From NCBI GenBank assembly GCA_017620395.1, contig JAFZQJ010000018.1, positions 2,016 to 66,015 of the forward strand: DNA of 64,000 bases. The letters are read 5' to 3'. The position numbers and the translations under genes were made by a program. Below, in pieces: positions 38,179-45,630 of the stretch. The stretch comes from Clostridia bacterium (GTDB taxonomy: Bacteria > Bacillota > Clostridia > Oscillospirales > RGIG8002). The notes under the pieces were generated by a model. It saw nothing but the letters and a program-made list of their open reading frames with translations. It was not told the DNA's origin and made no database searches. Numbering within the stretch: position 1 is the first letter of the stretch; the number at the start of each line of letters is the position of its first letter.

Positions 38179-39519
38179 ATGAACGAATACGAACATTCGG
38201 TATGCCTCGAGGTCGAGAAGTGCAACGGATGCACTACCTGCCTCAAGCACTGCCCTACCGAAGCGATACGCATCAAGGACGGTCACGCCGTCATCAACCA
38301 GGAACGCTGCATCGACTGCGGCGAATGCATACGCGTCTGCCCCAACAAGGCGAAAAAGGCCGTCTGCTCCAAGCTTGACGCGATGGACGGCTTCAAGTGG
38401 AAGATCGCGCTGCCCGCGCCGACGCTCTACGGGCAGTTCGACAACCTCGACGACGTCGACTACGTCCTCGACGGACTGCTGAAGATCGGCTTCGACGACG
38501 TCTTCGAGGTCGCCGCCGCCGCGGAGCTCGTCTCCGCCTACACGCGGCAGTACCTGCAGACGGAGGGCGTCAAGAAGCCCGCCATCAGCTCCGCCTGCCC
38601 CGTCGTGCTGCGCCTTATCGGGCTGCGCTTCCCCTCGCTGAAGGACAGCATCATCCACCTGCTCCCGCCGATGGAGGTCGCCGCCCGTCTCGCAAGGGAA
38701 CGCGCCAAGAAGAACCACCCCGAGCTGAAGGACGAGGAGATCGGCGTCTGCTTCATCTCCCCCTGCCCGGCGAAGGCGAGCTACGTCAAAAACGGCTTCG
38801 CGGACTACAAGAGCGCCGTCGACGCGGTCGTCTCCATCAGCGACATATACTTCCTGCTCATCAACGAGATGAAGCACTCCGAAAACACCGACCAGCTCTC
38901 CGAATCCGGCATGATCGGGATCGGCTGGGCGTCCACCGGCGGCGAAGCGACCGCCCTTTTCAACGACAACTACCTCGCGGCGGACGGGATCGACAACGTC
39001 ATCCGCATCCTCGACCAGATCGAGAACGGCAACATCCCCCCGCTCGAATTCATAGAACTGAACGCCTGCACCGGCGGCTGCGTCGGCGGCGTTCTGACGA
39101 TGCAGAACCCCTTCATCGCGAAGGCGCGTTTGCAGACGCTGCGCCGCTACCTGCCCGTTTCGCGCAACTTTATCGGCAAGAACGGCGAGAAGTACATCCC
39201 CGACGGCTACCTCTTCAACGACCTGCCGAAGTACCGCCCGATCTCCCGCCTGAGCAACGATATGGCCAAGTCCCTGCGTATGATGGCGGATATCCAGAAG
39301 CTCCGCGAGGAGCTGCCGGGCATCGACTGCGGCGCATGCGGAGCGCCCACCTGCCGCGCTTTCGCGGAGGACGTCGTCAAGGGCAAGACGACGAAGGAAA
39401 GCTGCGTCAACCTGCGCGTCGCGCAGCTTGAGAATATGCTCTGCGGCGGGAACTGCGCCGAATGCGCCGAGGCCGCCGAAACGCCCTCCCTGCCCGACGA
39501 TTTCCACTCGTTCGACTGA
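38179..39519 (+). CDS. HydA-like putative sensory [FeFe] hydrogenase: 2x[4Fe-4S] ferredoxin, H-cluster domain and C-terminal 4-Cys FeS domain, with no PAS domain
   Basis: CNGCTTCLKHCP / CIDCGECIRVCP. H-cluster-type motifs SSACP (38587-38601), SPCPAK (38761-38775) and ELNACTGGCVGG (39061-39090). CGACGAPTCRAF plus a C-rich tail. Confidence 0.8.
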   Translation: MNEYEHSVCLEVEKCNGCTTCLKHCPTEAIRIKDGHAVINQERCIDCGECIRVCPNKAKKAVCSKLDAMDGFKWKIALPAPTLYGQFDNLDDVDYVLDGLLKIGFDDVFEVAAAAELVSAYTRQYLQTEGVKKPAISSACPVVLRLIGLRFPSLKDSIIHLLPPMEVAARLARERAKKNHPELKDEEIGVCFISPCPAKASYVKNGFADYKSAVDAVVSISDIYFLLINEMKHSENTDQLSESGMIGIGWASTGGEATALFNDNYLAADGIDNVIRILDQIENGNIPPLEFIELNACTGGCVGGVLTMQNPFIAKARLQTLRRYLPVSRNFIGKNGEKYIPDGYLFNDLPKYRPISRLSNDMAKSLRMMADIQKLREELPGIDCGACGAPTCRAFAEDVVKGKTTKESCVNLRVAQLENMLCGGNCAECAEAAETPSLPDDFHSFD

Positions 39520-39536
39520 TCCGAAAGGACTGCGAT

Positions 39537-39863
39537 ATGACCGTTAGAGAGTTTTCCGAAAAAAGCGGCTTCGCCCCGATAGCGCTGCCCGACGGCGACA
39601 GAGAGATCACCGGCGCCTACATCGGCGACCTTCTGAGCTGGGTGATGGGCAGAGCGACCACCGGCGACGCGTGGATAACGATAATGTCCAACATCAACAT
39701 CGTCGCCGTCGCCTCCCTCGCGGACGCCGCCTGCGTGATCCTCGCCGAAGGCGTGGAGCTCGACGAAAAGGTCTCCGCCACCGCCGAGGCGAAGGGAGTC
39801 AACGTGCTTTCCGCCCCCTGCGGCGCATACGCCGCGGCCTGCAGGCTGAATGAACTGATATGA
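39537..39863 (+). CDS. Second DRTGG-like small protein
   Basis: 108 aa with IMSNINIVAVASLADAACVILAEGVELDEKV...AKGVNVLS, resembling the DRTGG fold. ATGA overlap with the PHP gene. Confidence 0.6.
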   Translation: MTVREFSEKSGFAPIALPDGDREITGAYIGDLLSWVMGRATTGDAWITIMSNINIVAVASLADAACVILAEGVELDEKVSATAEAKGVNVLSAPCGAYAAACRLNELI

Positions 39864-40594
39864 ACCGCTATTATTACGACCTGCATATGCACTCCTGCCT
39901 CTCGCCCTGCGCCGATAACGAATGCACGCCGGGCAACCTGATCGGGATGGGCGTGCTGAACGGGCTGAACATAATGGCGCTGACCGACCACAACACAAGC
40001 CGCAACTGCCCCGCCTTCTTCGCGGCGGCGAAGCGGTACGGCATCGTGCCGATCGCCGGCATGGAGCTGACGACCGCCGAGGACATCCACGCCGTTTTCC
40101 TCTTCCGCGAGCTCGACGCCGCGCTGGAGTTCGACAAACTTGTGGCCTCGCGCAAGCCGCGCATCCCCAACCGCACGGACATATTCGGCGATCAGTTCAT
40201 AGTGAACGAAAACGACGAGACGGTCGGCACGGAGGAGTTCTTCCTCTCCAACGCGACCGACATAACGATAGAAGAAACGCTTCCCCTCGCCCGCGAATAC
40301 GGCGCGCTCTGCTACCCGGCGCACATCGACCGCGAGGCGAACGGCATACTCGCCGTGCTGGGGACGCTGCCGCCGGAGCCCGACTTCGCCTGCGTGGAGA
40401 TAAACCGCCCGGAGAAGGTCGAGGAGCTCACGCGGCTCCATCACCTCGAAAGCAAGCATATCATCGTAAGCTCCGACGCCCACTACCTCTGGGACGTCAA
40501 GGAGAAACGCGAATATTTTGAGCTCGACGATCAGCCTTACAGCGGCGCGCTCGTCCGACAGCGCCTCTTCGAGCTTCTGGAGCGTCACAAATGA
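39860..40594 (+). CDS. PHP-domain phosphoesterase
   Basis: YYDLHMHSCLSPCAD, ALTDHNT, CYPAHIDRE and IIVSSDAH metal-ligand motifs. Confidence 0.8.
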   Translation: MNRYYYDLHMHSCLSPCADNECTPGNLIGMGVLNGLNIMALTDHNTSRNCPAFFAAAKRYGIVPIAGMELTTAEDIHAVFLFRELDAALEFDKLVASRKPRIPNRTDIFGDQFIVNENDETVGTEEFFLSNATDITIEETLPLAREYGALCYPAHIDREANGILAVLGTLPPEPDFACVEINRPEKVEELTRLHHLESKHIIVSSDAHYLWDVKEKREYFELDDQPYSGALVRQRLFELLERHK

Positions 40595-41154
40595 AGGAGC
40601 TTTCACTCAACGTACTCGATATAGCGGAGAACTCCGTCAAGGCCGGCGCGACGCTGACCGAGATCACGATCGACGAAACCGACGACGTCCTCGTGCTGAC
40701 GATAACCGACGACGGCTGCGGAATGAAGCCGGAGACGGTCGCCGTCGTTACCGACCCCTTCTGCACGAGCCGCACGACACGCAAGGTCGGCATGGGGCTT
40801 CCCCTGCTGAAGCTGGCGGCGGAGCAGACGGGCGGAGAACTTTCGGTCGAGTCCCGCTGTGCGGAGGACTTCCCCGACGATCACGGCACGGTCGTCAGGG
40901 CGAGCTTCTTCAAAAACCACATCGATTTCACTCCGACGGGAGACCTCGTTTCAAGCGTCACGACGCTGATACAGGGGCATCCCGACACGGATTTCCTCTT
41001 TCGCCACTCCCTGCCCGGCGGGAACACCGTCGAGCTCGACACGCGGGAGCTGCGCGAGGTCCTCGGGGACGATATCCCCCTCAACAGCTACGACGTCATA
41101 AAATGGATCGAAGGCAGCCTGCGCGAGCAGTACGCCGGAGAACCGACGGCATAA
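40591..41154 (+). CDS. Second GHKL ATPase-only protein (histidine-kinase-like ATPase without a DHp domain)
   Basis: N box LDIAENSVKAG, G1 DDGCGM and G2 KVGMGLPLL. ATGA overlap with the PHP gene. Confidence 0.75.
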   Translation: MKELSLNVLDIAENSVKAGATLTEITIDETDDVLVLTITDDGCGMKPETVAVVTDPFCTSRTTRKVGMGLPLLKLAAEQTGGELSVESRCAEDFPDDHGTVVRASFFKNHIDFTPTGDLVSSVTTLIQGHPDTDFLFRHSLPGGNTVELDTRELREVLGDDIPLNSYDVIKWIEGSLREQYAGEPTA

Positions 41155-41177
41155 ATCATTCAGAAAGGAAAAAAGCT

Positions 41178-41549
41178 ATGAAGTCATTGGAAGAACTCAA
41201 AGCGATCAGAGACAAGATGAAGGACAAGGTCGTACTGCGCGACGGAGTCGCGGATATCCGCGTCGTAGTCGGCATGGCCACCTGCGGCATCGCCGCCGGA
41301 GCGCGCCCCGTGCTCAACGCCTTCGTCGAGGAGGTCAACAAGGAGGGCCTCAGCGATAAGGTATCCGTCATCCAGACCGGCTGCATCGGCATCTGCCAGT
41401 TCGAGCCCGTCGTCGAAGTCTTCGAGGGCGACAAGGAGAAGATCACCTACGTCAAGATGACCGCCGAAAAGGCGAAGCGCGTCGTCGAAGAGCACCTCAA
41501 GGGCGGCAAACCCGTCACCGAATACACGATAGCGGCGCACCAGCTCTGA
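41178..41549 (+). CDS. Thioredoxin-like [2Fe-2S] ferredoxin
   Basis: MATCGIAAG ... GCIGICQFEP Cys pattern; 123 aa; immediately upstream of hydB. Confidence 0.8.
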   Translation: MKSLEELKAIRDKMKDKVVLRDGVADIRVVVGMATCGIAAGARPVLNAFVEEVNKEGLSDKVSVIQTGCIGICQFEPVVEVFEGDKEKITYVKMTAEKAKRVVEEHLKGGKPVTEYTIAAHQL

Positions 41550-41612
41550 GCGCCGGCTCCGGCGGATGCCGGAATAATCAAACCCGTATTTTAAGAAAGG
41601 ATGATATACACT

Positions 41613-43409
41613 ATGATTCGTGCACAGGTATTGGTCTGCGGCGGAACGGGCTGTACGTCCTCCGGAAGCAAAGCGGTTCGCGAAGCGTTTGAGGAAAGCA
41701 TAAAGAAGAACGGCCTTTCCGACGAGATCAAGCTCGTACAGACCGGCTGCTTCGGACTCTGCTCCCTCGGCCCGGTCGTCATCGTCTATCCGGACGGCAC
41801 CTTCTACAGCCGCGTTTCAGCCGATGACGTCGAGGAGATCGTGACCGAGCATCTGCTCAAGGGCAGACCCGTCGAAAGACTCGTCTACAACGACACCGGC
41901 AAGGCCGAGGAGCTGATGAAGGACGTCGCCCTCAGCGACACCGCCTTCTACAAATCGCAGGAGCGCGTCGTGCTGAGAAACTGCGGCGTCATCGACCCCG
42001 AAAACATCGACGAATACATCGCCATGGACGGCTACGCCGCCCTCGGCAAGGTCCTCACCGAGATGACCCCCGACGACGTCATCAAGTGCGTCAGCGATTC
42101 CGGACTCCGCGGCAGAGGCGGCGGCGGCTTCCCGACCGGCAGAAAGTGGTCGCTCTGCGCGCCCGTTCAGGCGCCGCAGAAGTACGTCGTCTGCAACGCC
42201 GACGAAGGCGACCCGGGCGCGTTCATGGACCGCTCCGTCCTCGAAGGCGACCCCCACTGCGTTATCGAAGGCATGGCGATCTGCGGCTACGCGATCGGAG
42301 CCGACAAGGGCTTCATCTACGTCCGCGCCGAGTACCCCATCGCCGTCCAGCGCCTGCAGATAGCCATCGACCAGGCCCGCGAATACGGCCTGCTCGGCAA
42401 GAACATATTCAACACCGGTTTCAACTTCGATCTCGAGATCCGCCTCGGCGCCGGCGCCTTCGTCTGCGGCGAGGAGACCGCGCTGATGACCTCCATCGAG
42501 GGCAAGCGCGGCGAGCCGCGTCCCCGCCCGCCGTATCCGGCGATCAAGGGACTCTACGGCTGCCCGACCACCGAGAACAACGTCGAAACCTTCGCGAACA
42601 TCGCGCAGATAATCCTCCGCGGACCCGAATGGTTCGCCTCCATGGGCACCGAGAAGTCCAAGGGCACCAAGGTCTTCGCCCTCGGCGGCAAGATCAAGCA
42701 CACCGGCCTCGTTGAGATCCCGATGGGCACCACTCTCCGCGAGATCATCGAGAACATCGGCGGCGGCATCCCGAACGGCAAGAAGTTCAAGGCCGCGCAG
42801 ACCGGCGGTCCCTCCGGCGGCTGCATCCCGGCGGAGAAGATGGACGTGCCGATCGACTACGACAACCTGACCGCCATCGGCGCGATGATGGGCTCCGGCG
42901 GACTTATCGTCATGGACGAGGACAACTGCATGGTCGACATCGCCAAGTTCTTCCTCGGCTTCACCGTCGACGAGTCCTGCGGCAAGTGCACACCCTGCCG
43001 CGTCGGCACCCGCCGTATGCTCGAGATCCTCGAGAAGATCACCGACGGCAGGGGCGAAATGTCCGACCTCGACGAGCTCGAGAAGCTCGCGGAGTACATC
43101 AAGGCCAACTCCCTCTGCGGACTCGGTCAGACCGCTCCGAACCCCGTTCTCTCCACCATTCGCAATTTCCGCGACGAATACGTCGCCCACATCGTCGCCA
43201 AGAAGTGCCCGGCGGGCGTCTGCAAGAACCTGCTGAAGTACGTCATCGACCCGGCGAAGTGCAAGAGCTGCGGAATGTGCAAGCGCAACTGCCCGGCTGA
43301 CGCCATAAGCGGCGAAAAAGGAGTTCCGTACTCCATCGATCCCGCCAAGTGCGTCAAGTGCGGCGCCTGCATGAGCACCTGCAAGTTCGGCGCGATCTCG
43401 AAGCAGTAA
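41613..43409 (+). CDS. nuoF: NuoF-like NAD(P)H/FMN subunit (HydB) of the bifurcating [FeFe] hydrogenase
   Basis: N-terminal 2Fe-2S domain (VCGGTGC ... GCFGLCSLGP). GRGGGGFPTGRKW and NADEGDPGAF FMN/NADH motifs. ESCGKCTPCR. Two C-terminal 4Fe-4S motifs. The ATG at 41613 is preferred over 41601 on RBS spacing. Confidence 0.93.
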   Translation: MIRAQVLVCGGTGCTSSGSKAVREAFEESIKKNGLSDEIKLVQTGCFGLCSLGPVVIVYPDGTFYSRVSADDVEEIVTEHLLKGRPVERLVYNDTGKAEELMKDVALSDTAFYKSQERVVLRNCGVIDPENIDEYIAMDGYAALGKVLTEMTPDDVIKCVSDSGLRGRGGGGFPTGRKWSLCAPVQAPQKYVVCNADEGDPGAFMDRSVLEGDPHCVIEGMAICGYAIGADKGFIYVRAEYPIAVQRLQIAIDQAREYGLLGKNIFNTGFNFDLEIRLGAGAFVCGEETALMTSIEGKRGEPRPRPPYPAIKGLYGCPTTENNVETFANIAQIILRGPEWFASMGTEKSKGTKVFALGGKIKHTGLVEIPMGTTLREIIENIGGGIPNGKKFKAAQTGGPSGGCIPAEKMDVPIDYDNLTAIGAMMGSGGLIVMDEDNCMVDIAKFFLGFTVDESCGKCTPCRVGTRRMLEILEKITDGRGEMSDLDELEKLAEYIKANSLCGLGQTAPNPVLSTIRNFRDEYVAHIVAKKCPAGVCKNLLKYVIDPAKCKSCGMCKRNCPADAISGEKGVPYSIDPAKCVKCGACMSTCKFGAISKQ

Positions 43410-43426
43410 GCGGAAAGGAGAACAGA

Positions 43427-45184
43427 ATGGATACTTTGAACATCAAAATCAACGGAAGAGACTATACCGTTCCCACCGGCCTTTCGGTGCTTGAAGCGTG
43501 CCGCTACGCCGGCGTGGAGATCCCCACCCTCTGCTACCTGAAGGACATCAACGAGATCGGCGCCTGCCGCCTCTGCCTTACCGAAGTCAAGGGCGCGCGC
43601 GGAATGGTCGCCGCCTGCGTTTATCCCGTCGACAGAGACGGTATGGAGATAATCACCAACAGCGCGAAGATCCAGGAAGCGAGAAAGACCAACCTCAAGC
43701 TCCTGCTCTCGAACCACGATAAGAAGTGCCTCTCCTGCGTCAGAAGCGGAAAGTGCGAGCTGCAGAAGCTCTGCAACGACTACGGCGTGGACGACGTCGA
43801 CGCCTACAAGGGCGCGATGAACCACTACGAGATCGACGACAGCGCGCCGCACATGATCCGCGACAACAACAAGTGCATCCTCTGCCGCCGCTGCGTCGCC
43901 GTCTGCGAGAAGAACCAGTCCGTCGCCGTCCTCGGCGCGAACGAACGCGGTTTCAAGACGCACATCGGCTGCGCCTTCGATCAGGATCTGTGGGAAGTCC
44001 CCTGCGTAGCCTGCGGCCAGTGCACCGCGGTCTGCCCGACCGGCGCCCTCTATGAGCGCGACGACACCGCGAAGGTGTGGGCGGCGCTCGAGGATCCGAC
44101 GAAACACGTCGTCGTCAACCCCGCGCCCTCCATCCGCGTAACGCTCGGCGAATGCTTCGGAATGCCCATCGGCTCCAACGTCAAGGGCAAGATGGTCGCC
44201 GCGCTGCGCAGACTCGGCTTCGACGGAGTCTTCGACACCGACGTCGGCGCCGACCTTACCATCCTTGAGGAAGCCAACGAGTTCATCGAGAGAGTGCAGA
44301 ACGGCGGCAAGCTGCCGATCATCACCTCCTGCTCGCCCGGCTGGATCAAGTTCTGCGAGCACAACTTCCCCGACTTCCTCGATAACCTCTCGACCTGCAA
44401 GTCGCCTCAGCAGATGTTCGGCGCGGTCGTCAAGACCTGGTACGCCGAGAAGAACGGCCTCGATCCCAAGGACATCGTCGTCGTCAGCATCATGCCCTGC
44501 ACCGCCAAGAAGTTCGAGCGCAGCCGCGACGGACAGAGCGCCGCGGGCGTTCCGGACGTCGACGTCGCGCTGACCACCCGTGAGCTCGGCAGAATGATCG
44601 AGCGCGCGGGCATCGACTTCGTCAACCTGCCCGACGAGGAGTTCGACGCGCCGCTCGGCATCACCACCGGCGCCGCGGCGATCTTCGGAGCCACCGGCGG
44701 CGTTATGGAAGCCGCGCTCCGCACGGCGGTCGAAACGCTGACCGGCAGCAAGCTCGAGAAGGTCGATTTCACCGACGTCAGAGGCACTCAGGGCATCAAG
44801 GAAGCGACCTACAACGTCGGCGGCCTCGAAGTCAAGGCGGCTGTCGCCTCCGGCCTCGCGAACGCCAGAGAGCTGCTTAACCGCATCCGCAGAGGCGAGG
44901 CGAACTACCACATCGTGGAGATCATGGCGTGCCCCGGCGGCTGCGTAAACGGCGGCGGACAGCCCATCCAGCCCGCGAGCGTGCGCAACTTCACCGACCT
45001 GAAGGGGATCCGCGCGAAGGCGCTCTACGAAGAGGACGCCAACCTGCCGCTGCGCAAGTCGCACGACAGCCCCGTCATCAAGATGCTCTACGACGAGTAC
45101 TTCGGCAAGCCCGGCAGCCACAAGGCGCACGAGGTCCTGCACACGCACTACGTCGCCAGAGACACCTACGGCAAGGAAAGATAA
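43427..45184 (+). CDS. hydA: [FeFe] hydrogenase catalytic subunit HydA (M3-type, group A)
   Basis: N-terminal 2Fe-2S, His-ligated cluster region NHDKKCLSCVRSGKCELQ, and 2x[4Fe-4S] (CILCRRCVAVC, CVACGQCTAVCP). H-cluster motifs TSCSPGW, MPCTAKKFE and EIMACPGGCVNGGGQP. The ATG at 43427 follows GGAAAGGAG. Confidence 0.93.
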   Translation: MDTLNIKINGRDYTVPTGLSVLEACRYAGVEIPTLCYLKDINEIGACRLCLTEVKGARGMVAACVYPVDRDGMEIITNSAKIQEARKTNLKLLLSNHDKKCLSCVRSGKCELQKLCNDYGVDDVDAYKGAMNHYEIDDSAPHMIRDNNKCILCRRCVAVCEKNQSVAVLGANERGFKTHIGCAFDQDLWEVPCVACGQCTAVCPTGALYERDDTAKVWAALEDPTKHVVVNPAPSIRVTLGECFGMPIGSNVKGKMVAALRRLGFDGVFDTDVGADLTILEEANEFIERVQNGGKLPIITSCSPGWIKFCEHNFPDFLDNLSTCKSPQQMFGAVVKTWYAEKNGLDPKDIVVVSIMPCTAKKFERSRDGQSAAGVPDVDVALTTRELGRMIERAGIDFVNLPDEEFDAPLGITTGAAAIFGATGGVMEAALRTAVETLTGSKLEKVDFTDVRGTQGIKEATYNVGGLEVKAAVASGLANARELLNRIRRGEANYHIVEIMACPGGCVNGGGQPIQPASVRNFTDLKGIRAKALYEEDANLPLRKSHDSPVIKMLYDEYFGKPGSHKAHEVLHTHYVARDTYGKER

Positions 45185-45231
45185 CGCGGAGGCGGAACGC
45201 CGCCGAAGCGCAAAACCGCATAAGTCTTATG

Positions 45232-45266
45232 AAAGCGCTCTCCCGCATGCGGGAGAGCGCTTTTTT
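45232..45266 (+). terminator. Strong Rho-independent terminator of the hydrogenase operon
   Basis: Palindrome gcgctctcccgc/gcgggagagcgc followed by tttttt. Confidence 0.85.
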
Positions 45267-45321
45267 CAATGCGTCGGCGGTGATATTGCTGCTTTGCGGC
45301 AGTTGTACGCGGACGGCCTCT

Positions 45322-45421
45322 GTCATTCCGAGGAAGCGTCAGCCGACGAGGAATCCCCTTCCTGATGCAACCGACTGCAAAAGGCGGGGGATCCTTCGGC
45401 GCGGGTGCGCCTCAGGATGAC
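45322..45421. repeat. Inverted pair of REP-like elements (MITE-like arrangement)
   Basis: GTCATTCCGAGGAAGCGTCAGCCGACGAGGAATCCCC (45322-45358) faces the reverse complement of GTCATCCTGAGGCGCACCCGCGCCGAAGGATCCCCC (45386-45421), 27 nt apart. Confidence 0.7.
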
Positions 45422-45494
45422 AAAAACGCGAGACTTCTGCGCGAATGCGCGCGGATAAGAAAAACCGCACCCTCGCGGGTGCGGTTTTTACGAT

Positions 45495-45630
45495 ATGTCT
45501 CGCTGTCGTTCGGCGCGATATATCGGATGCGCCGATACGATATATTCGCTTTCGCGAATGCGATATGCCGGCTTACGCCGACGCGATATGTTCGCCTGCG
45601 GCGAACGCTAAGCCGCTTCGCGGCTTACGA
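45495..45630. repeat. Second hairpin array of the ATAT-ended palindrome family
   Basis: Units attcgc-tttc-gcgaat (45544-45559), gttcgcc-tgc-ggcgaac (45590-45606) and taagccgc-ttc-gcggctta (45609-45627, overlapping the esterase stop codon). It is preceded by the hairpin aaaaaccgcaccc/gggtgcggttttt. Confidence 0.65.
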
